Shown: positions 19,818 to 32,626, counted from the stretch's first letter. The stretch: DNA of 64,000 nucleotides from Nitrospirota bacterium (GCA_963818475.1 CAWFSF010000006.1:2112001-2176000); one strand, 5' to 3'. Program-made: numbers and translations. The notes: generated by a model not told the origin, from the sequence alone.

Positions 19818-19849
19818 CAAACAAGAAGGGCGGCTTTCGCCGCCCTTCT
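19818..19849 (-). terminator. Rho-independent terminator after ppdK
   Basis: GAAGGGCGGC-GAAA-GCCGCCCTTC followed by TTGTTT. Confidence 0.8.
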
Positions 19850-19870
19850 CATACATTCATAGCTTGCTGG

Positions 19871-22556
19871 TTACTTGGTCCCCGAACCGCCGATGCCTTT
19901 TTCCTTGAGCTTGGCATGTGCAGCCGCAAGCCGGGCGATCGGCACCCGGTAGGGGGAGCAGCTTACGTAGTTGAGCCCGCTCCGGTAGCAGAACTCCACG
20001 CTTGCCGGGTCGCCGCCGTGCTCGCCGCAGATGCCGACCTTGAGGTTCGGCCTGGTGCCGCGGCCTTTGGCCACGCCGATCTTCACGAGCTGGCCCACGC
20101 CCTCCTGGTCCAGGGTCTGGAAGGGGTCCTTCTCCAGGATGCCGTTCTCGGTGTAGTAGTTGATGAACTTGCCCGCGTCGTCGCGGCTGAAGCCGAAGGT
20201 GGTCTGCGTCAGGTCGTTCGTGCCGAAGGAGAAGAACTCCGCCTCTTTGGCGATCTCGTCCGCGATCATGGCTGCGCGCGGCAGTTCGATCATGGTCCCG
20301 ACAAGATAGTTTATCTTCACGCCTTTTTTCTTCATGACCTCTTCAGCCGTTGCCTTGATGAGCTCCTTCTGGTTCTGCAGCTCCTTTTTGATGCCGACGA
20401 GCGGCACCATGATCTCGGGAACCACCTTTTTGCCCTTCTTCGCGAGCTCGCAGGCGGCCTCGATGATGGCCCGGGTCTGCATGCGCGTGATCTCGGGATA
20501 GACGATGCCGAGCCTGCAGCCGCGGTGGCCGAGCATGGGGTTCAGCTCATGCAGCTCCTCAACACGATGGAGAAGCTTCTCCTTCTTCGTGATGGACGCC
20601 TTGGGCGCCTTCTTCGCATGCATCACGGCTACCTCGCACATCAGTTCCTCGCGTTTGGGCAGGAATTCGTGGAGCGGCGGGTCGAGAAGACGGATCGTGA
20701 CCGGGAAGCCGGCCATGGTCTCGAAGAGGCCCTTGAAGTCGGAACGCTGCATGGGGAGGAGCTTTGCCAGCGCCTTCTCCCGGTCCTCGATATTGTCGGC
20801 CAGGATCATCTGCTGCACGATGGGCAGCCGGTCCGCGGCGAAGAACATGTGCTCCGTGCGGCAGAGCCCGATGCCTTCGGCGCCGAACTTCATGGCCATC
20901 ATGGCATCGCGCGGAATGTCGGCGTTGGCCCGGACGCCCATGGTGCGGATCTCATCGGCCCATTTCATGAGCGTTCCGAAATCGCCGCTCACTTCCGGCT
21001 CCATGGTCGGCACTTTGCCGAGGATGACGCGGCCCGTGCCGCCGTCGAGGGTGATGTGGTCGCCCAGTTTCACCGTGACCTTGCCGACGGTGAACTTTTC
21101 CGCTTTCAGGTCGACCCGGATCGATTCGCAGCCGGCCACGCAGGGCTTGCCCATGCCGCGGGCAACGACGGCAGCGTGAGAGGTCATGCCGCCGCGCGCC
21201 GTCAGGATGCCCTGTGCCGCATCCATGCCGTGAATATCGTCAGGCGTGGTCTCGGGCCGGACGAGGATGACCTTGCCGTTCTTTGCAAGCCTGACCGCTT
21301 CATCGGCGGTGAAAACCACCTTGCCCGATGCGGCGCCGGGCGATGCCGGAAGGCCCTTGGCAATGACCTGGATCTTCGCCTTGGGATCGATGATGGGATG
21401 GAGCAGCTGATCCAGCGAGGCCGGCTCAACGCGAAGCACCGCTTCCTCCCGGGAGATAAGCCGCTCCCCTACCATGTCCACCGCGATCTTGACCGCGGCG
21501 TGGGCCGTGCGCTTGCCCGTGCGGGTCTGGAGCATGTAGAGCGTGCCGTCCTGCACCGTGAACTCGAAATCCTGCACATCGCGGTAATGCTTCTCGAGCT
21601 TGGTCGTGATCTCGCGGAGCTGCTTGTACACCTGCGGCATTTCCTTGGCCAGCTCGGAGATCGGGTGCGGCGTGCGGATGCCTGCCACGACGTCCTCACC
21701 CTGGGCGTTCGTCAGGTACTCTCCGTAGAATTCCTTGGCGCCGGTCGAAGGATCGCGGGTGAAGCCCACGCCGGTGGCCGAGGTATCGCCCATGTTGCCG
21801 AAGACCATGGCCTGGACGTTCACGGCGGTCCCGAGATTGCCGGGAATGTCGTTCAGCCTGCGGTAGGTGATGGCGCGGGGGTTGTTCCAGGAACCGAAGA
21901 CCGCATCGCGCGCCATGGTGAGCTGCTCAAAAGGGTCCTGCGGAAAGGGCCGCTTCGTTATCTGTTTTACCTTGACCTTGAACTTGTCGACGAGCCCCTT
22001 CAGGTCCTCGGCCGTGAGATCGATATCGAGGTTTACCTTCCGTCTTTTTCTTCACCTCGTGGATGATGTGCTCGAACACGTCCTTTTCGATGCCCATGAC
22101 CACGTTGCCGAACATCTGGATGAACCGGCGATAGGCGTCCCAGGCAAAGCGCTCGTTGTCGGACATGCGGATCAGGCCGTCGATGGTCTGGTCGTTCAAG
22201 CCCAGGTTCAAAACCGTGTCCATCATGCCGGGCATGGAGAACTTGGAGCCCGAACGGACCGAGACGAGCAGCGGACGGCTCGCGTCGCCGAACTTGAACC
22301 TGCCGCCCAGCGCGTCCTCGACCTTCTTCATGTACACCCGCATATCGGAGTCAAGACCTTCCGGCACGCGTTTGCCGAGATCATAGAACAGGTTGCAGAC
22401 CGCGGTCGTGATGGTGAACCCTGGAGGGACCGGAACGCCCGCATTCGTCATCTCGGCCAGGCCCGCTCCCTTGCCTCCGAGCAGGTCCTTCATCGCCCCC
22501 GTGCCGTCAGCCTTGCCGCTGCCGAAAAAATAAATGTATTTCTCCCCCGTAGCCAT
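19871..22556 (-). CDS. ppdK: Pyruvate, phosphate dikinase; frameshifts near 21930-22045
   Basis: LLGGKGAGLAEM, SMPGMMDT, GGMTSHAAVVARG, GTNDLTQ and GICGEHGG motifs. Confidence 0.97.
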
Positions 22557-22667
22557 ATGACCATACCTCCTGGAAAATTTTTAATGCACCGAGTATTCAG
22601 AAGCCAGGAACCGGAGTTCAAGAGACTTGTCTCTCGGCGAACCCGGTCGGCTGACTTCTGGAATCTG

Positions 22668-24753
22668 TTATGTCGTCTCTTCGGAACTCAGGACCAGGCG
22701 CGAAAAATCCGCGATCTGTGAAAAAAGCCCGGTAATGCCGGCAAGCAGCGCCAGGCGGTTCTCCTTCACGGCAGCATCCTTGTCCATCACCATGACCTTG
22801 TCGAAAAAGGCGTCCACCGGTTTCCGCAGCGACGCAATATCCGCCAGAGCGCCGCGAAAATCGAGCGTTGCTGTTTTATCGGCGACCCGGTCCTTGATCT
22901 GTACATACGAGGCGTAGAGCGTTTTTTCCTCGTCCTGCTTCAGCAATCCGTCGTTCACGACGCCGGAAAAGCCTTTCGGCACGATGTTCCCGGCCCGTTT
23001 GAGCGCCGTTACGAGGGGCCGGTAATCCTCGGAGGTCCTCCAGAGATCGAGCGCCCTGACCTTCTCTTTCGCGATCAAGGGGTCGTCGAAATTCACGGAG
23101 AGCGCGGCATCCACCACATCGGACCGCAGCCCTTCGCTGATCAGCATGCCGGCAAGGCGCTGACGCATAAAATCGAGCGTTTCCGACTGCACCCGCAGCG
23201 CATCCTCTTTTTTCAGCCCCAGTCCCGTGCATGCCCCGGCGATGAGCGCGGACAGGGACAGCCGTTTGTTCCGGTCGAACAGTATGCTCAGGATGGCGAC
23301 GGACTGCCGGCGAAGCCCGTAGGGGTCTTCCGATCCGCTCGGCACGAGACCGACGGAAAAGCAGCCCGTAATGGTGTCGATCCGGTCGGCGATCCCGACG
23401 CAGGCGCCTTCGAGCGACGCCGGAAGCGTGTCGCCGGCAAAGCGGGGCTGATAGTGCTCCAGGATCGCATCGGCGACCCGGGGGCCTTCACCGGAAAGGA
23501 GCGCATAGTGCCTGCCCATGACGCCCTGCAGCTTCGGGAACTCGCCTACGATGCCGGTGAGCAGATCGGCCTTGCACAGATGAGCGGCGCGCTCAGCTAC
23601 CTTCGCATCAGCGCCCAGGGTACGCGGCAAGCGAGACTGACAGTTTCTTAACGCGCTCCAGTTTATCGTGGACCGTGCCGAGCTTTTCCTGGTACGTGAC
23701 CTTTTTGAGGCCCTCGACCCGGTCGGCAAGCGGGATCTTTACGTCGTGATCAAAGAAATAGGCGGCATCGGACAACCGCGCCGTGAGCACCCGCTCGTTC
23801 CCTGCGCGCACAACGTCCATGTCCTCGGCCCGGGTGTTGCTGATCGTAATGAAATGGGGGAGCAGGTTCCCCTGCTGGTCAACAACGCTGAAGTAGCGCT
23901 GGTGCTCCCGCATGGCCGTGATCAGCACTTCCTTCGGGACCCGCAGGAACTCCTTGTTGAACGAGCCCATGACCGGCACGGGATATTCCACGAGGTTCGA
24001 GACCTCATCGACAAGGCCCTGGTCGTCAAGCACCCTGCCGTTCTTTGCGAGAGCCAGCTCTTCAGTCTGTTTCACGATCCGCTGTTTTCGAACCGCAGGA
24101 TCGATCACAAAGAAGTTGGGCTCAGCCTGGGCCTGGTAGGACTTCAGGTCCTTGACCAGGAAGGCGCCGGGACTCATGAACCGGTGGCCGCGGGAAAGGT
24201 TGCCGCTCTTGATGCCGCCCAGTTCAAAGGGGATGACCGTACCGCCATAGAGCGCCAGGATCCAGTGGATCGGCCGCGCGAACCGGATGTCCTTGTCCAT
24301 CCACCGCATGGTCTTCGGGAACGGGATCGACAGAATGAAACCCGGCATCACCTGCCGGAGCCATTCAGCGGTATCGCCGCCTGCTTCGTCGATCCGGACA
24401 GCCACGTACTCGCCCTTGTCGGTCTGCTTGATCGTCAGTTTTTCGACCGCGACACCGTTCTTTTCAGCAAAGACCAGGGCTGCTTTTGTAGGTTTCCCGT
24501 CGGCATCGAAGGCGATCTTCTTCGGCGGCCCCACGACCTCTTTCGAGAGGTCCTGCTGCCGCTCGGCAAGCTGCGGGACCGCGAGGATCAGCCGCCGCGG
24601 CGTGCCATAGGCCTGCAGGCTGCCGCCGTCGATCGTCACGCGGCCGCCGGCCAGGAGCGCTGTAAAAAGCTCCTTCATTTTCTCCAGTGCCGGATTGATG
24701 AACCGGGAAGGGATCTCCTCGGTGCCGATCTCTAATAGAAATTCTTTAGACAA
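22668..24753 (-). CDS. glyS: Glycine-tRNA ligase beta subunit; frameshift near 23615
   Basis: LLEIGTEEIP, TPRRL, GNERVL, KADL...EFPKLQG and GSEDPYGLRR motifs. Confidence 0.97.
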
Positions 24754-24778
24754 AAAACACTCCTAATGCTTTTGATTC

Positions 24779-25684
24779 TTACCTTCTGACCCTGACCCCT
24801 GGACCCCTGGACCCTATTTCTTCAAGCATCGGGAAGCCCTTTTCCTCGCGCATGGCCAGGTAGGCATGGGCGCAGAGCCGGGCAAGCTTCCTGACCCGCC
24901 CGATATAGCCCGTCCGTTCGGTCACGCTGATCGCGCCTGCGGCATCGAGCAGGTTGAACGTGTGCGAGCATTTAAGGCAGTAATCGTATGCCGGCAGCAC
25001 AACACCCGCTTTCACGAGCTTTTCGCTTTCCCGTTCATAGGCCTCGAACTGCCGGAAAAGCATGTCCCGGTCGGACAGCTCAAAATTATATTTTGAGAAC
25101 TGGACCTCGGACTCGTGATGGACATCGCCGTACTTGACGCCTTTGGTCCATTCGAGGTCATACACGTTGTTCACGCCCTGAAGGTACATGGCGAGCCGCT
25201 CCACGCCGTAGGTGATTTCGGCTGAAACAGGCTTCAGATCGATGCCGCCCACCTGCTGAAAATAGGTGAACTGGGTGACCTCCATGCCGTTCAGCCAGAC
25301 CTCCCAGCCCAGTCCCCAGGCGCCGAGGGTCGGCGACTCCCAGTCGTCCTCCACAAAGCGGATATCGTGCTTCAAAGGATTGATGCCGAGGCTCACGAGA
25401 CTGTCGAGGTAGAGGTCCTGAACGTTTTCCGGATGGGGTTTCAGAATGACCTGGAACTGATAGTAGTGCTGCAGCCGGTTGGGATTTTCGCCGTAACGGC
25501 CGTCCGTCGGCCTGCGCGACGGCTGAACATATGCCGCTTTCCACGGTTCAGGCCCCAGGACCCGCAAAAATGTTGCAGGGTGGAACGTTCCCGCCCCGAC
25601 CTCGGTATCATACGGTTGATGGATAACGCAGCCCCTGGAGGCCCAGAAGTTCTGCAAGGTGAGTATAAGATCCTGAAATGTCAA
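24779..25684 (-). CDS. glyQ: Glycine-tRNA ligase alpha subunit
   Basis: [27 protein letters not shown] and [12 protein letters not shown] motifs. Confidence 0.98.
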   Translation of the reverse strand: MTFQDLILTLQNFWASRGCVIHQPYDTEVGAGTFHPATFLRVLGPEPWKAAYVQPSRRPTDGRYGENPNRLQHYYQFQVILKPHPENVQDLYLDSLVSLGINPLKHDIRFVEDDWESPTLGAWGLGWEVWLNGMEVTQFTYFQQVGGIDLKPVSAEITYGVERLAMYLQGVNNVYDLEWTKGVKYGDVHHESEVQFSKYNFELSDRDMLFRQFEAYERESEKLVKAGVVLPAYDYCLKCSHTFNLLDAAGAISVTERTGYIGRVRKLARLCAHAYLAMREEKGFPMLEEIGSRGPGVRVRR

Positions 25685-25830
25685 CGATTGCCCCTGCCTG
25701 AAAAATCATGGAAAGATAGATAAATAGAGTGCCATTATACAAAAAAACCTTATGTTGTCAAGAAAATATCGGCGTTTTGACCAGTATTATCCTTGTCAGA
25801 CGCTGATATCGAAACAGTTATTTAATTTTA

Positions 25831-26428
25831 TTATGAGATGATTGCCGCAGTTGCCTGGACTTGCAGCCGCTCGTAAAGCAGGCTGAAAAGCATGGCGACC
25901 GCGCTGCCGAGTGCTGCGCCGACGATCACATCAGAAGGATAATGGACGCCGAGATAGACCCGGGAAAAGGCAACAGCCGCAGCCAGCACCAGGGGATAGC
26001 ATCTGGCAAGGATTGGGACGAAATACCGGGGAAGGTAAAAAAGCGTTGTTGCAGCTGCAAAGGATGAGATGGCATGGCCTGATGGCATGGAAAAACTGTG
26101 AGGGCAGCGGACCAGAAACCGGATTCCCTGAACAGCCTGGCAGGGCCGGATCCGTCCGAAAACAGGTTTCAGCAGATCAGCAAGCAAATCTGCCATGAAG
26201 AAGGAGCAGATCGAGATCAGCACGATCAGGAACGCCTGTTTTAATGACGTGGTCTCAGTGCCTGCGCCACAGGACCATCCCCGGATAAGCATATAGAGCA
26301 GGTACGGAACGAACAGGAGATAGCCGAAATCGGAGAGCGATATCATGACGGCATCGAGACTGGGATTGGCAAGGACCGTTGTTGATGAGGAGCAGGAGCT
26401 GCGTGTCGAGATCTTCAAGACTCATCAT
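25831..26428 (-). CDS. PAP2-family phosphatase; frameshift near 26378
   Basis: KPVFGRIRP, SMPSGHA and SRVYLGVHYPSDV motifs. Confidence 0.88.
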
Positions 26429-26450
26429 TGACTGGCCGGCAGCACCGGTG

Positions 26451-28656
26451 CTAAACCTGCCACATCATGGCCTCAAAATCGTCGGTCGGCACCTTGAACT
26501 GGATGAATCCCCGGTAGGGCCATTTTTCGATCTCGGAGCCGTCCCGTTCGACCGTGATAAAAAGCTGCACCTCGTCATTGGGCATGACGCCGAGCAGTTC
26601 GAAAGGCACGGCAAGCTCAATGATCTCGTAGGCTGCCACCGTATTGATCAGGGCAGCCTGTTTCCGCACACTGTTCTCACCGCGAAACAGCGTTGCGCTT
26701 ACCCGCCGTTCCCGGGGCACGATACGCATTTCGATGTCCATACCCTTGGGGCTGAGAAAATTGACATAGAAGGCGAGTTCGGATACTTTTTCGTCGCGGA
26801 GGTTCCCGCTCGGGTCGAGCCGCAGGAACAGGTTCTTCAGGTCGAATCCGTAATAAATATGCGTGATAATGGAGTCCCCGCGGTGCATGGCGCCCCCGCT
26901 CTGGCTCACGTCGTAGAACCCGGCAGGCAGCCATTCGAAGTAGTTCGTCACCCGCCCGTCGATGGTCGGCGCAAGGAACGCCGTCAATTGCACCGTCGGA
27001 AGCGCCTGCCGGTCCTCGCGCAGGATGGGCACATACAGTTCATCGGGAATATCGAGGCCGATAATGCGGTAGACGTTCATCAGGTGTGTTCTGAACAGAA
27101 GGTCGAACTCTTTGTCATTCTCCGAAAAATGGTCGTCCCCGTACCACCAGCACCAGTCGCTTCCCTCGGCAATATAGATCTCTTCCCAGGCTTTCTCAAG
27201 GCGGGCAGGCTCACCCCCCCGTGACGCATACTCGCTCAGGGCATCACGCGTCTGTGACAGCAGGTCCCAGGCACGGTTGTCCTCCTCGTGCCCGATCCAG
27301 ATCCGGAAATTCTCATTGATCCACGAGCCTGCATGGAGCCGCTCGATCTGCTCCTGCGCGGGGTTCTCCTTCAGGTATTCGCCGACGCTCACGCACCGGA
27401 GCCCCTGCTCGCGGCTGAGCCGTTCGTAGAGGTACAGGAAAAAGTCGCGGCCGTCGTTCTGGTAATACTCCCAGGCATTCTCGCCATCGAGGATGATCGA
27501 AGCCAGGTGCGGTCCTTTCGGCAGGCTGCGCCGGACGCGGTGCAGCCGGTCGATAAGATCGTGAACAGCGTTCTTGTAGTCCCACTTGGAGTAGACAAAG
27601 CCGACGAGGTCCGAAAGCGTATGGTCGCGGAACACCACCGAAACACGGTTGGCCCCCTTGCCCGCCAGATAGGGTTTGTAGAGCATCGCGGGGTTCTTCA
27701 TGATGCCGGCAAAATCCCGCTCGATATGGGTCCCGAGCGAGCGGGCCAGCACTCCCTCATCAGTGCCGATCCACGTGATCCCCGCTCCGGCCAGCATGGG
27801 GAGGACCTCTTCTGCGACCGAACCCTCGGCAGGCCACATGCCTGTCGGCCGGCTGCCGAACAGCTGCTCGTGGAACTTGATCGCACGGTCAACCTGGATC
27901 TGTGCGTCTTCGGGATGCATGAACCGCTTAGACGGCAGATGGATGTCGGGGATGGCCACCTTCGCCAGGTCCGTATCGCACAGGAGCGGCAGGATCGGGT
28001 GGTAAAAGGGCGTGGTGGTCAGTTCGATCCTGCCCTGCTGGGCGAGACGCCGGTACTCGGGGATGATGAGCCCCATCACCTCGCGCTGTTTCTGGAGCAG
28101 CAGCACTTTCTCCTGCTCCGTGAAGCTGGCATCCCTTTTCGATCAGGCCTTTGACCAGCGGGTCCGTCTGCTTGAACAGGGGATCGAACCAGGTAAGATT
28201 GAACCAGACCTGCAGGTCGAGATAATCCTGATCGGTAAAATAGCGCGTCGCGTTCAGCAGGTCGTCGTGGGATACGCTGAAACCCCGCCGGTCGAGCAGG
28301 CGCCAGTAGCCGGGATAGGGTTTGATCATCGTATCCCAGTTCGCCATGAACGAGTTCTTGAGCAGAAAGAGCTTATCTTCGAGCGCAAGAGCGGACGCCG
28401 GTTTCAGCGCGACCGTGAGAAACGCGTCGGTCGCGCCGTTGCCGACATAGTCGTTGATCTGCTTCAGAAGGGACGGCACAAGGTTGAAGGTCTGATGGAT
28501 GTCCGGAAAATCGGTCAGCAGCGCCGGCATATCATAATAATCCTTGATGCCGTGCATGCGGACCCAGGGAAGGATATAAGATCCCGTAAGGTCGTCCTTA
28601 TAGTACGGCTGGTGCATGTGCCATACAAAGGCTATGGAAAGAGGGTGATCGGACAT
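26451..28656 (-). CDS. Glycoside hydrolase family 57 (amylopullulanase-type); frameshift near 28135
   Basis: WHMHQP, HPILPLL, GMWPAEG, ILDGENAW and AEGSDWCWW motifs. Confidence 0.93.
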
Positions 28657-28779
28657 GACACAGGGATGAGCAGCCCTTTCTCCGACGCGGGTCCGGCGGA
28701 GCGAATAAAACCTGACCAGCCTGACCGGCTTGTGATTTTTTTCAGCACTGCGTGATTGAACAAGTGCGGTCGGGAGGGC

Positions 28780-29108
28780 TCAGGGCTCGCCGTAATAGTA
28801 CACAATCTCACCCGGCCGTGCAAGCCCCAATTTATCCCTGGCGATCCGTTCCATATAGGCGGCATCGGTCTTCAGGGAATGCACTTCCCGGGACAATTGA
28901 ACATTAGCCTGGCGCAATGCCGACATTTCCTCGTTGACGGCACTGTATTGGTGCTTCATGCGGTAATACTTCACTACTCCCATGTCGCCGAAGATGAATG
29001 AAACCAGCAGATAGATGCCGAGCAGGACGCCTGACGCTATGACCAGCCGCTTCCTGAACGGTGATTTGGAACTGACGCTCAGCCTTCACATAGTTTCGCT
29101 TCGACCAT
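28780..29108 (-). CDS. ftsB: Septum formation initiator FtsB/DivIC; 5' part frameshifted
   Basis: TM helix, FIFGDMG, coiled coil, ERIARDKLGLARPGE. Confidence 0.8.
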
Positions 29109-29314
29109 AAGAACTCCCCGGCATCATGCAAGGCGCCGTGCACCGATAAGAACAGGGCAGGAAGGATACGCTCGTACTGTGCGATAAGGATATTGTAGAG
29201 CAATTCAGAACGTGATGCAGTAAATAAATCGAGCGAAAAAACAAAACCACGAAGATGCTCTTCGTGGTAGAGTTGCAGTGCATATCAACAAGCAGCTGTC
29301 ATGGTTTTCAACGG

Positions 29315-29371
29315 TTATTTCTTTTTTGCGGCTTTCTTGGCCTTCTTGGCCGGGGCTTTCTTTGCTGGCAT
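29315..29371 (-). CDS. 18-aa Lys/Ala-rich micropeptide MPAKKAPAKKAKKAAKKK
   Basis: Extended SD AAGGGGGTGAT; varied synonymous codons; TAA stop. Confidence 0.7.
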   Translation of the reverse strand: MPAKKAPAKKAKKAAKKK

Positions 29372-29535
29372 GGTGTTCATCACCCCCTTCCGGTCAAAAC
29401 GTTATGCTCATGAGCGTTAACGAACTTCCTGGTAAAGAATGATGATATGATAACCGTACACGCAAACTAAGGATGAAATACGCCGGGGGCACGAGGCCCC
29501 CGGCGGGCCCCCCATATGGGGACATTTTATAAAAA

Positions 29536-29604
29536 CTACTTTTTCTTTTTGGTGGCCTTCTTCTTGGTTGCTTTCTTCTTTGCTGCTTTCTTTTTTGCCG
29601 GCAT
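29536..29604 (-). CDS. 22-aa Lys-rich micropeptide MPAKKKAAKKKATKKKATKKKK
   Basis: SD AAAGGGGGTG; paralogous to the neighbouring micropeptide; TAG stop. Confidence 0.7.
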   Translation of the reverse strand: MPAKKKAAKKKATKKKATKKKK

Positions 29605-29649
29605 TATATGTCCACCCCCTTTCGGCTACCGCGTATAAGCTATGCGGCG

Positions 29650-30136
29650 TTATCTTGAAACAAGCTGTGGTACGTCGTTCAGCAGCGACATCTGCGAGTA
29701 TTTTTCCCTGATCCTGCCGCTGACGAGCCCGAAGAACTCTTCCGCATCCTTGATCGCCTGGCCGGCCTCGTACTTCGATATCACCCTGCTCGACTCTTCC
29801 ATAAAGTTCTGATATTTACGACGCATGCGGTCGAACTTGTTGATCAGGCTTTTGTACTGCTCTCCCAGAATAACACCCACCGCCGTTACGATGGTCTTCT
29901 GGATATCCCTGCCCCGGACGCCTTTCGGCCGGTACCCCTCGGAAAGTATCAGTGCCCGTGCAGACCGGGCCATCGCGAGATAGGCCGCTGCAAAGGCCCA
30001 TTCCTCATCTTTTTCCTGGAGCAGTCTGCTGGTTGCCAGATCGCGCTCGGCCCTCGTTATCAGGCCGATGACCTCGACGGTCTCGGTGACCCGCTCCTCC
30101 AGCATCCCCATGTCCTGCAAGTTCTTTATAGTCCAT
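29650..30136 (-). CDS. HEPN-domain protein with degenerate RNase motif; probable 1-nt error near start
   Basis: WAFAAAY..MARSARALILSEGYRP and FDRMRRK HEPN pattern; ATG 30136 overlaps the end of the MNT gene. Confidence 0.8.
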
Positions 30137-30692
30137 CTTCCCTGCCTACCAGGAATATCTTTTTGCTTTTCACGATCTCCCGGATAAAGGGATCTTTTGC
30201 ATCCTTGCGCTTCCGGTATTCCTGCTCATCGAAGACCAGATAATCGATCTCGCGCTTCAGTTTTTCTTCCAGCGTCATCACCATGTCGTTCAACTCGGTG
30301 ATATTGACCTGGCCGATCACCATGATGTTGATGTTGCTGTCCTCTTTTTCAGACCCCTTTGCGTAGGACCCGTAGATGAACGCGAGCTGCACACCCTTGA
30401 GCCTGGACAGCGTCGCCTTGATGGATCCCTGAATTCCCGTGGTCTTAAAGATCAGACCCTTCATCTCGGAGAAGATCGGGGAGTTCTTGTCAGCGTAATA
30501 ATACTTCTGTACACCACGCTGCTCTTTTGCCAGGAGCCCTATCTTCACCAGCGTGTCCAGTTCCCGCTTGATCCCTGCGGCATCCTTGTTGATGTGACGC
30601 GCTATCTCCCGCAGGTAGAACTTATTATCCGGATTGTTAAAGAACAGACTTAAAAGCTCCGCTCTTGTAGAAGAGAAGAGTTTCGTAAGCAA
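30126..30692 (-). CDS. wHTH-fused minimal nucleotidyltransferase (MNT) with DxD changed to NxN
   Basis: LFSSTRAELL..FYLREIAR wHTH; AFIYGSYAKG..EDSNINIMVIG; TTG start after GAGGTG. Confidence 0.85.
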   Translation of the reverse strand: MLTKLFSSTRAELLSLFFNNPDNKFYLREIARHINKDAAGIKRELDTLVKIGLLAKEQRGVQKYYYADKNSPIFSEMKGLIFKTTGIQGSIKATLSRLKGVQLAFIYGSYAKGSEKEDSNINIMVIGQVNITELNDMVMTLEEKLKREIDYLVFDEQEYRKRKDAKDPFIREIVKSKKIFLVGREDGL

Positions 30693-30712
30693 TTCACTCA
30701 CCTCATGTGGAC

Positions 30713-30744
30713 AAATATACAACAAGAGTGTACCTTTTGTCAAC
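30713..30744 (-). promoter_or_regulatory. Sigma70 promoter of MNT-HEPN operon
   Basis: TTGACA-18 nt-TATATT on the minus strand. Confidence 0.55.
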
Positions 30745-31227
30745 AAGAAAAATATAAAAATTATATTTCCGTATGTTAGACAATTTATCAACAGCCAATA
30801 ACATTCCAATTAAATTTGGTACCAATATTTTATGTAATTTTGCCGCCATACCATATTTTGTGGCTCCCATCCCAAGGCATACTAGGGGGCGGATTAAGTC
30901 GCGAATTTGCGTAAAATAATTATTATGGGAGCGTAACGGTCCGATATGTCCGTAAAAATGACCGCATGGACAGCGCCGTTTATAAGCAGGCCGACACAGC
31001 ACAGCCTCTTCACCTGTTTCGCGAAAATATAATGCAGACGCTGCGATAATCCAACGAAGAGCTCTCACCTGCTCTCTCTGTTTCTCCGTCTGTTGACGAG
31101 AAGGCGAGCATCCAACTACAGACTGCATCACGTTCTGCGATTTTTCTTTCGACATCTCCGCCTCGTAATGGTATACTGCGGCCTCAATATCCGTTGACAA
31201 AATGTCCTCCACCATGATCGGAGATGT

Positions 31228-32512
31228 ATGAACTTCAGTGAACTAGATATTCCGGACGAGATCCGGCAAGGCGTCGAGCACGCCGGATTTACGGTGTGCA
31301 CGCCGGTGCAGGAAGCGGTGCTGCCGCGTGCCATCCGCGGCGAAGACATCGCTGCGCAGGCGCAGACCGGCACGGGAAAGACCGCGGCCTTTCTCATTTC
31401 GCTTTTCACCCGCATGATCAGGAACCCTGCCGTCGATTCCGGCGACTCTCCCCAGGCCCTGATCATCGCTCCCACGCGCGAACTGGCCGACCAGATCTTC
31501 CACGAGGCGGAGCGTCTCGGCAAGTTCACCGGCTTTCGGATGCTCGCGGTCTATGGCGGCATCGATTACCGGAAACAGATGGAGACACTGCAGAACGGCG
31601 TCGATGTGCTGATCGGCACGCCGGGCAGGCTCATCGATTACTATAAGCAGCATGTGTACAGCCTGAAAAAGACGCGCTACCTGATCATCGACGAGGCGGA
31701 CCGCATGTTCGATATGGGATTCATCGATGACATCCGGTTCATGCTCAAGAAGCTGCCGCCCTATACCAAACGGCAGTCCATGCTCTTCTCGGCCACGCTG
31801 TCGTACCGCGTCATGGAGCTGGCCTACGAGCACATGAACCTGCCGGAGAAGATATCCATCACCCCCGAGACCCTGACGGTCGAGAAGGTCGCGCAGGTGC
31901 TCTACCACGTCGGCAAGCACGAGAAGATCCCCTTGCTGCTCGGCCTCCTGAAGCGGGAAGCGCCCGAGCGCGCGCTGATCTTCGTGAACACGCGGCGCGC
32001 CGCCGAGATGGTCGTTGAACGGTTGAACCGGAACAGCTGGAAGACCCAGGCCATCACCGGAGAGATCGAGCAGAAAAAACGGCTCAGGATCCTCGCGGAC
32101 TTCAAGGCCGGGAACCTGGCGGTCCTCGTTGCCACCGACGTTGCCAGCCGCGGCATCGACGTCAAGGGAGTGACCCATGTGTTCAACTATCGACCTCCCC
32201 CAGGATGCCGAGGATTATGTCCACCGCATCGGACGGACCGGCAGGGCAGGTGAGACCGGCAAGGCGATCAGCATGGCGGACGAAGAATATGTGTACTCCC
32301 TCGAAGACATAGAAAAATATATCGGCCAGAAGATACCGGTCGAATGGGCAGATGAAAGCATGTATCTCCGGGAGATCCGGCGTACACAGGAAGAAAAACA
32401 GAAGCACGACCAGGAACGGCTGGCCCGCACTCCATCAGGCCCCGGATCACGCCGTCCCGGCGGCCCCGGCAACAGACGGCCGCAGCGAAAAACAAACGCC
32501 CGCTCCTCCTAA
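31228..32512 (+). CDS. rhlB: DEAD-box RNA helicase RhlB-like; frameshift near 32190
   Basis: [28 protein letters not shown] and [10 protein letters not shown] motifs. Confidence 0.85.
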
Positions 32513-32626
32513 AGTCGCAATATGTGCTATACTATGGACGAGAGATAATTCCGGACAGAATCTGTCCTTGATCCGGCATTTTCTCGGCCACGCCGTGTAT
32601 ATGCCAGCCGGACTCGAGGAGGTGGA

